Notes: generated by a model from the sequence alone, not told the origin. A stretch of 64,000 nt of DNA from Caulobacterales bacterium (GCA_038206535.1 JBBRAV010000009.1:48638-112637); one strand, 5' to 3'. Shown: positions 1-11,358, numbered from the stretch's first letter. Program-made: numbers and translations.

Positions 1-2
1 AC

Positions 3-137
3 GGCCTGATCGTCGCCGAGGAGCACGTCGTCGTCGCGGCCGGCCGCGACTATCTCGACGTGGCGCCGATGAGCGGGATCATCCTTGGTCCTGGCGAACA
101 AAGCATCGACGTCGGCGTCGACCTCGTCCCCGAATAG
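3..137 (+). CDS. transglutaminase-like family protein, C-terminal fragment (gene starts upstream of window)
   Basis: Frame is open from the window edge to TAG at 135-137. The tail AAGRDYLDVAPMSGIILGPGEQSIDVGVDLVPE resembles the conserved GRDY-DV-P--G C-terminus of bacterial transglutaminase-like proteins. Confidence 0.4.
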   Translation, partial: GLIVAEEHVVVAAGRDYLDVAPMSGIILGPGEQSIDVGVDLVPE

Positions 138-147
138 GCGGCCGGTC

Positions 148-948
148 ATGGACCACGACCCGTCAGAAGGCCTGCTGGGCCCAGGGGATCCCGATCCCGT
201 CGTCGTCGTCGGCGACGGCGCGGGCTCGCCGTTCCTCATCGTCTGCGACCACGCGGGTCGCGCCATCCCACTGTCTCTGCATCGCCTGGGGCTGGCCGAC
301 GCCGTCTTCGAGACCCACATCGCCTGGGACATCGGCGTTCGGGGACTGGCGGAGAGACTGGGCCGCGCCCTCGGCGCGCGCGTTATCGCCCAGGTCTATT
401 CGCGGCTGGTGATCGACTGCAACCGGCCTCCCGGCCATCCCCAGTCGATCCCCGAGGTCTCCGATGGCGTGGCGATCCCCGGCAACCATGGGTTGGCCGC
501 CGCGCAGATCGAGGCGCGGCTGGCGGCGATCCACCGGCCCTACCATGACGCCATCGCCGTCGAATTGGAGGCGCGCGCGCGGCAGGGCCGGGAGACCCTG
601 CTCGTCTGCCTGCACAGCTTCACGCCCGCCATGGCCGGCGTCGCGCGGCCATGGGAGATCGGCGTGCTGCACCTAGGGGGATCCGCGGCCAGCCTGGCCC
701 TGCTGGATGCGCTGGGCGCGGAGCGGGGCCTGATCGTCGGCGACAACGAACCCTATGCGATGGGCGACGACGACCACACCGCGCCGTTTCACGCGCTCGC
801 CAAGGGACTGGATGTCCTGGAGATCGAGGTGCGCCAGGATATCGCCGGCGATCCCGCCGGTCAGGCGCGCGTCGCGGAGCTGCTGGCTCGTCTGCTGCCG
901 GACGCTCTGGAACACTCCAAGCGCGATCAGGCGGGCGAGGGGGCCTGA
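148..948 (+). CDS. N-formylglutamate amidohydrolase (FGase) family protein
   Basis: ATG at 148 lies inside the 85-948 ORF. Motifs PFLIVCDHAG, HIAWDIG, VIDCNR and LVCLHSF are typical of the FGase family. Confidence 0.75.
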   Translation: MDHDPSEGLLGPGDPDPVVVVGDGAGSPFLIVCDHAGRAIPLSLHRLGLADAVFETHIAWDIGVRGLAERLGRALGARVIAQVYSRLVIDCNRPPGHPQSIPEVSDGVAIPGNHGLAAAQIEARLAAIHRPYHDAIAVELEARARQGRETLLVCLHSFTPAMAGVARPWEIGVLHLGGSAASLALLDALGAERGLIVGDNEPYAMGDDDHTAPFHALAKGLDVLEIEVRQDIAGDPAGQARVAELLARLLPDALEHSKRDQAGEGA

Positions 949-958
949 TCGTTCGCGC

Positions 959-1714
959 ATGACACAGGGTCAGGCCATCCTTTCCGTCGACCGCCTCTGC
1001 AAGTCCTACGGGGCTCTCAAGGCGGTGGACGGGGTCGGCCTGAGCGTCGCCCCCGGAGAGATCGTGGGCCTGGTGGGGCCAAACGGCGCCGGCAAGACCA
1101 CGACCATCAACATGATCCTGGGCGTCCTGGCGCCCACCGCCGGTCGCATAGTGATCGACGGCGTCGATCTGGTCGCCCACCGCGCCCGAGCCCTGGCGAG
1201 GACCAATTTCGCCGCCGTCTACGCGCCGCTGCCGGGCAATCTGACCGTGGAGCAGAACCTGCGGGTGTTCGGCATGATCTACACGGTCGCGAACCTGTCG
1301 GCACGGATCGCCGAACTGTTGGACCGCTACGACCTCGCACGGTTCCGCCGGACCCGCGCGGGGCTGCTATCGTCGGGCGAACAGACGCGCCTGTCGCTGG
1401 CCAAGGCGGTGCTGAACCGCCCCAGACTTCTGCTGCTCGACGAACCGACCGCCTCGATCGATCCGTCCAACGCGCGCGACATTCGCGCCGGCATCGCCGA
1501 TTTCGTCGACGCCGGCCACGGTGGGGTGCTGTGGACCAGCCACAACATGTACGAGGTCGAAGCGGTCTGCGACCGCGTCGTGTTCCTCTCGCACGGCAAG
1601 GTGGTGCTGCAGGGCGATCCCAAGACCCTCGCCGCCGAGCACGGCGCCGCCAGCCTGGACGACCTTTTCGTCGCCATGGCCCAGGAGGGCGCGGATCGCG
1701 AGGCGAGGCCATGA
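959..1714 (+). CDS. ABC transporter ATP-binding protein
   Basis: Internal ATG at 959 (MTQGQAILSVDRL). Walker A GPNGAGKTT, signature LSSGEQ, Walker B LLLLDEP. Confidence 0.9.
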   Translation: MTQGQAILSVDRLCKSYGALKAVDGVGLSVAPGEIVGLVGPNGAGKTTTINMILGVLAPTAGRIVIDGVDLVAHRARALARTNFAAVYAPLPGNLTVEQNLRVFGMIYTVANLSARIAELLDRYDLARFRRTRAGLLSSGEQTRLSLAKAVLNRPRLLLLDEPTASIDPSNARDIRAGIADFVDAGHGGVLWTSHNMYEVEAVCDRVVFLSHGKVVLQGDPKTLAAEHGAASLDDLFVAMAQEGADREARP

Positions 1715-2514
1715 ACCTTTCGCGGATCGGCGCCATCGTCCTGCGCCAGGCGTACCTCTATCGCGGCAGCCCTCAACGCATCTTGCCGATCTTCGCCTGG
1801 GTGGCCGTCGACATCCTGCTGTGGGGTTTCATCAGCCGCTATCTGAACGACGTCGCCCATGCCGGCTTCAGCTTCGTGCCGGCGCTGCTTGGGGCGGTGC
1901 TCTTGTGGGACTTCCTCACCCGGGTGATGCAGGGGGTGACCATGGCCTTCTTCGAGGACGTGTGGTCGCGCAACTTCCTAAACCTGTTTGCCTCGCCGCT
2001 GAGCACGGGCGAGTACATCTCCGGCCTGGTCGCCACCGGCGTCGCCACCAGTCTTGTTGGCCTGGTGGTCATGCTGGGCCTCGCCTGGGCGGCGTTCGGC
2101 CTGTCGTTCCTGGTCTACGGGGCGGCGCTCGCCCCCTTCCTCCTGGTGCTGTTCCTGACCGGCATCGCCCTGGGCGTGGCGGCGACCGCCGCGGTGCTCC
2201 GCTTCGGGCCGGCCTCGGAGTGGCTGGTCTGGCCGATACCGTCCCTGATCTCGCCGTTCGCCGGGGTGTTCTATCCGGTGTCGGTGCTGCCCGGCTGGAT
2301 GCAGTTGGCGTCGAGGGCCTTGCCGCCGTCCTACGTGTTCGAGGGCATGCGCGCGGTGGTCTCGGGCAAGGGGGTCGCCTGGGACACGCTAGCCCTGGGC
2401 GGCGGCCTGGCCCTGGCCTACGTCGCCCTCGCTGGCTGGTTCTTCGTCCGCGTCCACGACTACGCGATCCGCGAAGGGCTGATCGCGCGCTACAGCGCCG
2501 AGTCGGTCAGCTAG
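1711..2514 (+). CDS. ABC-2 type transporter permease
   Basis: ATG at 1711 overlaps the ATPase stop (ATGA). The product is polytopic and hydrophobic, about 267 aa, directly downstream of the ABC ATPase. Confidence 0.8.
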   Translation: MNLSRIGAIVLRQAYLYRGSPQRILPIFAWVAVDILLWGFISRYLNDVAHAGFSFVPALLGAVLLWDFLTRVMQGVTMAFFEDVWSRNFLNLFASPLSTGEYISGLVATGVATSLVGLVVMLGLAWAAFGLSFLVYGAALAPFLLVLFLTGIALGVAATAAVLRFGPASEWLVWPIPSLISPFAGVFYPVSVLPGWMQLASRALPPSYVFEGMRAVVSGKGVAWDTLALGGGLALAYVALAGWFFVRVHDYAIREGLIARYSAESVS

Positions 2515-2526
2515 GGCCGGACTTTG

Positions 2527-3687
2527 CTACGCCCGTGCTTCCCCGCCCGTCACGTCCTCCCAGAATCTTTTCGCTTTCTGGAAAAACTTCGCCGACTTGG
2601 GATTCTGGTGTTCGCCACAGAGCCCGGCAAGGTCGCGGATCAGCGCCTTCTGCTTGGCGTTCAGATGGGTCGGGGTCTCGATGAACAGCTCGACCACCAG
2701 GTCGCCGCGCTCTCGCGAGCGCAGGGACGGCATGCCGCGGCCGCGCAGCCGGACCGTGTGTCCAGTCTGGGCGCCCTCGGGTATCTTGACCCGAATCTTG
2801 TTGGCTCCGTCACAATTCTCACCGCCCAGCAGGCAGGGCGCCTCGATCTCGCCGCCGAGGGCCGCGGTGGTCATCGGCACGGGCATCGAGCACAGAAGAT
2901 CCAGGCCGTCGCGTTCGAACAACTCATGCGGGCGCACCGACAGGAAGATGTACAGATCGCCCCGCGGACCGCCCCTGGCGCCGGCGTCGCCTTCGCCGGC
3001 CAGGCGGATACGAGAGCCGTCATCGACGCCGGCAGGGATGCGCACCTGCAGATCTCGTTCGCGCCGCACTTGGCCGTGACCGCCGCAGGCGCGGCAGGGA
3101 TCGAGGATGACCCGGCCCGCGCCGCCGCATCGGGGGCAGGTCGATTCCAACTGGAAGAAGCCCTGGCTGCGGCGCACGCGCCCGGAGCCGGCGCAGTTGA
3201 CGCAGGTGGTGGGCGTGGTTCCGGGGCTCGCGCCGGAACCAACGCAGGCGTCGCAAACCACGGCGGCTGGGACTTTCAGTTCGACCTCGGCCCCGCTGTA
3301 CGCCTGCTCGAGGGTTATTTCGTGGTCGTAGCGAAGATCCTGGCCGCGCGCCGGCCCGTTCTGCCTCTGGCCGCGGCCGCCGAAGATATCGCCGAACCCT
3401 TCGCCGAAGATGTTGTTGAAGATATCGTTCACATCGCCGAACCCGCCGCCGTTCCCCCCGTTCGTGCCATTGAGGCCGGCATGACCATAGCGGTCGAACG
3501 CCGCTCGTTTCTGGGCGTCCGACAGGACCGAATAGGCTTCGTTGATCTCCTTGAAGCGCGCCGTTGCGTCCGGGCATCCGCCGTTGCGGTCGGGATGGTG
3601 CTCCATGGCCTTCTTACGGAAGGCCGCCTTCAACGCCGCATCGTCGGCGTCTCGATCGACGCCCAGGACTTCGTAGTAATCACGCAT
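2527..3687 (-). CDS. dnaJ: molecular chaperone DnaJ
   Basis: J-domain MRDYYEVLGV...HPD, a G/F-rich linker, and four CxxCxGxG zinc-finger repeats (CDACVGSG, CVNCAGSG, CPRCGGAG, CRACGGHG). ATG at 3687. Confidence 0.95.
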   Translation of the reverse strand: MRDYYEVLGVDRDADDAALKAAFRKKAMEHHPDRNGGCPDATARFKEINEAYSVLSDAQKRAAFDRYGHAGLNGTNGGNGGGFGDVNDIFNNIFGEGFGDIFGGRGQRQNGPARGQDLRYDHEITLEQAYSGAEVELKVPAAVVCDACVGSGASPGTTPTTCVNCAGSGRVRRSQGFFQLESTCPRCGGAGRVILDPCRACGGHGQVRRERDLQVRIPAGVDDGSRIRLAGEGDAGARGGPRGDLYIFLSVRPHELFERDGLDLLCSMPVPMTTAALGGEIEAPCLLGGENCDGANKIRVKIPEGAQTGHTVRLRGRGMPSLRSRERGDLVVELFIETPTHLNAKQKALIRDLAGLCGEHQNPKSAKFFQKAKRFWEDVTGGEARA

Positions 3688-3790
3688 AAGACCACCGCCC
3701 GCCGAATCCGGTTTGATTGACGTGGGACGGCGCGCGCCACAACGCAAGAGCGCTCAGCGCGGCCGTCCACCGAAAACGTAACATGCTGCG

Positions 3791-5686
<1,896 letters not shown>

Positions 5687-5813
5687 GAACTCCAGTCCGC
5701 TCCTCTTCGTGGCAATCGCGGGCGAGGCGCTACACCCCGACCCGCCCGATGGCCTTGGTCAGTGATTGAGGCGAGGCTTCCCTATTTTTGGGAACGCATC
5801 GCGTTGCTTCTCG

Positions 5814-5841
5814 ATATGGGAACCATGAAAGCACCCGCAAG
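5814..5841 (-). promoter_or_regulatory. RpoH (sigma-32) heat-shock promoter of dnaK-dnaJ
   Basis: The minus strand reads CCCTTG-cgggtgctttcatggtt-CCCATAT, i.e. CTTG-N17-CCCATAT, about 130 nt upstream of the dnaK ATG. Confidence 0.6.
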
Positions 5842-5878
5842 GGCGCCTCGAGGCGCCCGCCCGCGGTAGGATCGCACA

Positions 5879-6493
5879 ATGATCGCGAATGGCTTCACGC
5901 TTCTGCCGGAGCGTCTCGATATTGCCGACCAGCAGGCCCTGGTCGATCAGGTCATGGCCCGCGCCGACTTTTACCGGCCGGCGACGCCAGGCGGCCGGCC
6001 CATGAGCGTGGAGATGACAAACCTCGGTCCGTTGGGGTGGATCAGCGACGCGCGCGGCTATCGTTACGCGCCGCTCCATCCGATCACCGGGGCGCCCTGG
6101 CCGCCCATTCCGCCGGTGCTTCTCGCGCTGTGGGCCGATGTCGCCGACGCGGCCGCTCCGCCGGATGCATGCCTGGTCAACCTCTATCGTCCCGGCGCCC
6201 GCATGAGCCTTCACCAGGATCGCGACGAGGCGGACTTTTCGTTTCCGGTTCTGTCGGTCTCGCTGGGCGATACGGCGGTCTTCCGCCTGGGCGGAGCATG
6301 CCGCAGCGATCCGACCCGGTCGATCCGCCTGTCGTCCGGCGACGCGTGTGTCCTGGCGGGAGAGTCGCGGTTGGCGTACCATGGAGTCGATCGCATCCTT
6401 CCTGGCTCCTCGCGACTCATCCCGGGGGGAGGCCGGCTCAACCTGACGCTCAGACGCGCTCATGACTATCGCAACGGAGTGGCGCCGAAATGA
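5879..6493 (+). CDS. alkB: alpha-ketoglutarate-dependent dioxygenase AlkB (DNA/RNA oxidative demethylase)
   Basis: LVNLYRPGARMSLHQDRDE (HxD iron ligands), a C-terminal RLNLTLR motif, and 204 aa length typical of AlkB. Confidence 0.85.
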   Translation: MIANGFTLLPERLDIADQQALVDQVMARADFYRPATPGGRPMSVEMTNLGPLGWISDARGYRYAPLHPITGAPWPPIPPVLLALWADVADAAAPPDACLVNLYRPGARMSLHQDRDEADFSFPVLSVSLGDTAVFRLGGACRSDPTRSIRLSSGDACVLAGESRLAYHGVDRILPGSSRLIPGGGRLNLTLRRAHDYRNGVAPK

Positions 6494-7368
6494 TCCATCT
6501 CAATCGACCCGAAGGCTCCGCGCCGGAAGATCTGACGATATCACGCCGCGCGATCGCGGCGCTGTTCTTCGCCGGCTATGCGGCTGCGGCCTTTTCGGCG
6601 GCCGCGGAACCCATTCACACCGACGACGCCGGGCTGATCACCGAAGCCGTGACTCTGCCGGCCAAGGATTTCGCGCTTCCGGCGTATCTCGCCCGACCCG
6701 ATCGCCCCGGACGGTTTGCGGCGGTGATCGTCGCCTCGGAAGTCTTTGGCGTGCACGACTACATCAAGGACATCTGTCGGCGCCTTGCCAAGGCCGGCTA
6801 CGTCGCGCTGGCGCCGGCATTCTTCGTCCGGGTCGCCGACCCCGCTCCACTTAGCGACATGCAGGCGGTGATGAAGATCGTCCAGCAAGCCTCCGATCAG
6901 CAGGTCATGGGCGACGTGGGCGCGGCGATCGATTTCCTGCTGCGGCAGCGCTACGTTGCGCCCGCTCGCCTGGCCATGACAGGATTTTGCTGGGGCGGAG
7001 GGACGACCTGGCTGGCATGCGAGGCGTTCCCGCAGATAAAGGCAGGCGTCGCCTGGTACGGGCGGATGGCGCCGCCCGAGACGGGCGGCGATCCGGCGCG
7101 CCTGTGGCCGTCAAAGCGAGTCGACCACCTGAAGGCGCCGGTCCTCGGCCTCTATGGAGCCAAGGATCGCCTCGCCGACAGCGTTCCGGCGATGCGCGCC
7201 GCCCTCGCCGCGGCTCACAAGGACGACAGCGAAATCATCGTCTATCCGGACGCCGGCCATGGCTTCCACGCCGACTATCGAGATAGCTACAACGCGGCCG
7301 ACGCCAAGGATGGCTGGATGCGGATGCTGGCGTTCCTCCAGGCGCACGGCGTCGCTCCGGGCGCTTGA
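6490..7368 (+). CDS. dienelactone hydrolase family protein (exported)
   Basis: ATG overlaps the alkB stop (ATGA). N-terminal SRRAIAALFFAGYAAAAFS signal-like segment, FCWGG nucleophile region, and C-terminal YPDAGHGF. Confidence 0.75.
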   Translation: MIHLNRPEGSAPEDLTISRRAIAALFFAGYAAAAFSAAAEPIHTDDAGLITEAVTLPAKDFALPAYLARPDRPGRFAAVIVASEVFGVHDYIKDICRRLAKAGYVALAPAFFVRVADPAPLSDMQAVMKIVQQASDQQVMGDVGAAIDFLLRQRYVAPARLAMTGFCWGGGTTWLACEAFPQIKAGVAWYGRMAPPETGGDPARLWPSKRVDHLKAPVLGLYGAKDRLADSVPAMRAALAAAHKDDSEIIVYPDAGHGFHADYRDSYNAADAKDGWMRMLAFLQAHGVAPGA

Positions 7369-7395
7369 CGGGTGAAGCCGCGGGCCGCGCTGCGA

Positions 7396-8805
7396 CTATC
7401 CGCGCAGCTTCCGCGTCAGGATTTCGAGATCGCGCGCCAGCTGGGTGTCGCTGATGCGCAGCTCATCGATGCGGCGAACGGCGTGCATGACGGTCGTGTG
7501 ATCGCGCCCGCCAAAGCGACGCCCGATATCGGGTAGCGATCGCGTCGTGAACTGCTTGACCAGCCACATGGCGGCTTGCCGCGGACGGGCGACCGCGCGC
7601 GCGCGGCAGGCGCTGATGAGATCGGCAGGCTTCAATCCGAAGTGTTCGGCCGTCGCCTTCTGGATCTCGTCCACCGTCAGCCGGCGCTCGCCTCCGGGAA
7701 GGTTGGCGCTCAGCAGCCTCTGGGTGTCCTCGAGGCTGAGTGACCCCAGGGCGGAGCCGGTGCGCGCGAACAGGGTGTTGAGAGCCCCTTCGAGCTCGCG
7801 CGCGCTTTCCGTGAAGCGGCCGGCGAGAAAGGCCGTGACCTCGGGTCGCAGCGTGCAGGCGAATCCCTGTTGGCGACACAGGATCTGCAGCTTGCGCTCG
7901 AGAATGCCCATTCTCAGCGTCCGATCGCCAGGTTCGATGCCGCACACCAGACCGGCCGAAAGATGCGACCTCAGATGCGTGTCGATCTCGCCTAGAGCTG
8001 ACGGCGGCCGGTCGGCGGAGAACACGACGCGGCGCCCGTCCTCCATCAGCGCCGACAGCGTGTGAACCATCTCTTCCTGGGTCGATTGCTTGCCCCCGAT
8101 CAGGTGTACATCATCGATGAGCAGCAGATCCGCGGACCTCAGCTCATCCTTGAAACTGGCGGCGCGCCGCTCCATCAGCGACCTTACAAAACCGGACAGG
8201 AATCGTTCGGCGGTCAGGTAGACGATCTTTCGGCCTGGTCCATTGCGGCTGGCTTCCCAAGCCATCGCGTTGAGCAGGTGGGTCTTGCCAAAGCCGTATG
8301 GGCCGTGGATCACCACGGGATTGAAGTGGCCGTCGGCCCAGGACGCCACCCGCTTGGCGACCGCATAGGCGAATTCGTTGCTGGGTCCGACGACGAAGCT
8401 TTCGAACTGGAACCGCTCCTGCAGGCTGTTGGGGCGCTCGAAAGGCGCGTCGGTCCGGGGGCCGCCCAGCCCGCCGGCAAGGGCGCCCGCGGCGGCCTTC
8501 GCGCACTCGTCTACCGCCGGAGTGGGGCCGTATTGGTTCTCGTACTCGAGCCTCGATTTCAGATGCAGCGTCCGGCCGTGAGGATCATGCGCGGCCCACA
8601 CCTCGCCGATCCGCCGCCAGGCGTTTCGGCGAATCCAGTCACGGGCGAGTCCCGTGGGCGTCACCAGGCAGACTTCGCCGTCGCAGGCGGAGCGCAGCGC
8701 GGCGGGCGCAAGCCAGGAACTATAGGCGTCATCCCCAAGTTCGGTCCTCAATAGGTTGCTGGCCTGCGTCCAGACTTGGTTCGCGGGTGTATTCGCCATC
8801 GCCAT
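7396..8805 (-). CDS. dnaA: chromosomal replication initiator protein DnaA
   Basis: AAA+ Walker A GPYGFGKTHL, Walker B LLLIDDVH, and C-terminal DNA-binding GGRDHTTVMHA. Start taken at MAMANTPANQVW (8805); ATG at 8799 is an alternative. The ORF-track start at 8895 is probably too far upstream. Confidence 0.95.
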   Translation of the reverse strand: MAMANTPANQVWTQASNLLRTELGDDAYSSWLAPAALRSACDGEVCLVTPTGLARDWIRRNAWRRIGEVWAAHDPHGRTLHLKSRLEYENQYGPTPAVDECAKAAAGALAGGLGGPRTDAPFERPNSLQERFQFESFVVGPSNEFAYAVAKRVASWADGHFNPVVIHGPYGFGKTHLLNAMAWEASRNGPGRKIVYLTAERFLSGFVRSLMERRAASFKDELRSADLLLIDDVHLIGGKQSTQEEMVHTLSALMEDGRRVVFSADRPPSALGEIDTHLRSHLSAGLVCGIEPGDRTLRMGILERKLQILCRQQGFACTLRPEVTAFLAGRFTESARELEGALNTLFARTGSALGSLSLEDTQRLLSANLPGGERRLTVDEIQKATAEHFGLKPADLISACRARAVARPRQAAMWLVKQFTTRSLPDIGRRFGGRDHTTVMHAVRRIDELRISDTQLARDLEILTRKLRG

Positions 8806-9220
8806 TGAGAGAGTGTTGCTCGCCACGTGCCAGTACCCCACCGATTCTATTAGCTTTGGATCATCCACCAGCGCGCGAATGCGCGCGCCGCCCACCGATC
8901 GGTTGAGAAGACCTCTCCGTTCACCGGCGCCGATCGGCGCCGGTGTTGGTAAATCGTCCGTACAAGACCAAAGCGTTGAGACCCTCAGACTACCCCTGCG
9001 ACTCAGGCGGTCAATGTCAAAACCCGGTTGAAAAGTGTTAAAAAATTGTTGACATGCGGAAGGTCCCGAAGCGCCACGAGAAACGTCCGGACGGAACTTT
9101 TCCTGAGATTTTGGGTGAGCTTTTGTTGGCGCGATTTGTAAAGTCGCGAAGCCCGCGAGGAGCTTGGGCGCCGACTAGTTTACTTTGAATTACAGCCGTT
9201 TACTCGAAAAACGAGAACGC

Positions 9221-9490
9221 TTAGGCAACTGCCATCTTCTTCAGTTGACGGTGCAATCGGGACACTTTTCTCGAACCCGTGTTGGAGTGCACGACACCCT
9301 TGCCGACCGCGCGCATGAGCTCCGATTGGGCGACGACAAAAGCTTCTTTGGCGACGGCGGCGTCACCCCCGGCGATTGCTTCTTCGAACTTGCGCAAATA
9401 GGTCCGCACGCGAGAACGACGAGCCTTGTTCACCTCGGTGCGTTTGGCGATTTTGCGGATCGCTTTCTTAGCGCCGGGGTTGTTGGCCAT
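9221..9490 (-). CDS. rpsT: 30S ribosomal protein S20
   Basis: [34 protein letters not shown]; 89 aa, basic, typical S20. Confidence 0.95.
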   Translation of the reverse strand: MANNPGAKKAIRKIAKRTEVNKARRSRVRTYLRKFEEAIAGGDAAVAKEAFVVAQSELMRAVGKGVVHSNTGSRKVSRLHRQLKKMAVA

Positions 9491-9625
9491 CGTGGTTCAG
9501 TGCCTTAGCAATGCGCCCAAGATCCTTCTGTGGACGAGGGGGCGGTAAAAACGAGAGGCGCGGATATAGGCGAACGGTCTCGGCCGGTCAATCCGATAAG
9601 CACGTCATGCCGCCAAGGTCACCCG

Positions 9626-10498
9626 TCAGGGTCCGTCGACTACGAAGCCCATCGCGCGCAGCCTTTCCGGGACGCCTTGCGCACCGATCAGATGACCGAT
9701 GCCGACGACGACCACCACGACGCCGCGCCCGTCCCTGAGCCGTCCGCGCAGTTGATCGGCCCATCGCGCGTTTCGGTCGGTCAACAGGCGACGATAGAGC
9801 GCCGGGGACGCCCGCCTGAGGGGCTCCAGTGCGTCGGTTTCCAATTCGCCCAGATCGCCGGTCATCCACCCGTTCAACACACGGGCGAACGACTGACGGT
9901 CCTCGGTGATTTCGTGCAATGTCGCATCCAGGGAAGCGATCTGGTCGGCAAGGGTGGCGCCCGCCAGGAAACCGATCTGCTCGGCGGGTGTTTCCAAGGC
10001 CCGCCGCCGCGCGCTCATCGGGGTCAGGCCTTGCAACTGCTGTTCCACGCCGCGGCCGGCCGTTGCGCCTTCCTGTTCGTCGACGGTCAACGACAGGGTC
10101 ACTTCGGCGAGCCACGGCCGCATCGACTCCACCGCGTCGTAGTCCACGCCGAGTTGGGCGGTGACGCGCTTTAGGCGCACGTCTTGATCGGCGGTCAGGT
10201 GGTTGGCGAGCCTGTCTCCGGGCTCGAGAAAGCCGTACGCCGCAGTCAGCTTTCCAGCAGCGGTATCTGTGGTCTGATCGATCGGCAGCTCAAACCAGAT
10301 CTCGCGGGCCTTGGGAAGAGCGGCGACAAGCGCCTCTGGCGCCCAGTCGAATCCGGGCGGAAGCAGATGCACCGATCCGAACAGATAGAGCGTCGAATGC
10401 CGGGCGTGGACGATCCACAGGGGAGGGCGCGCCCAGGCCGTGCCTGTCAGCAGGACCAGGCAGACGGCGACGCAGGCGAACCAGCCACGCCGGATCAT
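9626..10498 (-). CDS. TraB/GumN family protein (exported)
   Basis: Start at [23 protein letters not shown] (signal peptide), overlapping the mutM stop (ATGA). LYLFGSVHLLP and VVVVVGIGHL motifs are typical of the TraB/GumN family. Confidence 0.75.
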   Translation of the reverse strand: MIRRGWFACVAVCLVLLTGTAWARPPLWIVHARHSTLYLFGSVHLLPPGFDWAPEALVAALPKAREIWFELPIDQTTDTAAGKLTAAYGFLEPGDRLANHLTADQDVRLKRVTAQLGVDYDAVESMRPWLAEVTLSLTVDEQEGATAGRGVEQQLQGLTPMSARRRALETPAEQIGFLAGATLADQIASLDATLHEITEDRQSFARVLNGWMTGDLGELETDALEPLRRASPALYRRLLTDRNARWADQLRGRLRDGRGVVVVVVGIGHLIGAQGVPERLRAMGFVVDGP

Positions 10499-11358
10499 TT
10501 CTGGCAGATCGGGCAATAAAACGTCGACCGCCCCCCCTGGACCATGCGTTCGATGACGCCACGGCATCGGCTTCGCGCGCACGGTTCCCCCTCCCGACCG
10601 TACACTTGGAAGCTGTGCTGAAAATAGCCGAGGGCTCCATTCGCCCCCGCGAAGTCCCTCAGCGTCGACCCGCCGGCGATCAGAGCCTCATCGAGGACGG
10701 AACGCACGCTGGCGACGAGAGCGTCCAGCTTTCGCCGACCGATGGCCTCCGCCGCCCGAATCGGCGAGATGCGCGCGCGATGGAGAGCCTCGCAGACGTA
10801 TATATTGCCCAGACCCGCCACGATGCCTTGGTTGAGCAAAAGCGTCTTCGCGCTTTGCCGCCGGCCTTTGAACACGCAGGCTAGATACGCCGCCGTGAAC
10901 GCTTCGCCCAGCGGCTCGGGCCCCATGTCGAGGAACCTTGGATGCGTCCCGAGCCCGTTGCTCGCGCACAGGTCCATGAAGCCGAAGCGGCGCGCGTCGA
11001 AATAGGTGACCCGCGCCCCCGCGTCGGTGTGGAAGATGACGTGCGCGTGCTTGGGGTCGGCCGCTGCCGCCAGGGCGAAATTTCCTGGCGTGGTCGAACG
11101 CGGTCCGTTTTCGATCTCGAACCGGCCGGTCATGCCCAGGTGCATGATCAGCGTCTCGTCGCGGTCGAGGGGCGCCAGGATGTACTTTCCGCGGCGGTCC
11201 AGAGCAAGAATACGGGCCCCGGTGAGACGCTGGACGAAACCCTCTGGAAGCGGGAAGCGCAGGTCTGGCCGCCGCGCCTCGACGCGGGTCAGGCGGGCGC
11301 CCGAAAGCACGCACTCCAGGCCTCGCCGCACCGTCTCGACCTCTGGGAGTTCTGGCAT
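10495..11358 (-). CDS. mutM: formamidopyrimidine-DNA glycosylase
   Basis: N-terminal [14 protein letters not shown] and a C-terminal zinc finger [27 protein letters not shown]. Confidence 0.95.
   Translation of the reverse strand: MPELPEVETVRRGLECVLSGARLTRVEARRPDLRFPLPEGFVQRLTGARILALDRRGKYILAPLDRDETLIMHLGMTGRFEIENGPRSTTPGNFALAAAADPKHAHVIFHTDAGARVTYFDARRFGFMDLCASNGLGTHPRFLDMGPEPLGEAFTAAYLACVFKGRRQSAKTLLLNQGIVAGLGNIYVCEALHRARISPIRAAEAIGRRKLDALVASVRSVLDEALIAGGSTLRDFAGANGALGYFQHSFQVYGREGEPCARSRCRGVIERMVQGGRSTFYCPICQK

Noticed and set aside
8806-9220. The dnaA-rpsT intergenic region as the chromosomal origin (oriC).
   Set aside because: I found only one 7/9 DnaA-box-like match and one short AT-rich patch, with no cluster of boxes. 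In many alphaproteobacteria oriC is not adjacent to dnaA. A GC-skew calculation on the full replicon would decide this.
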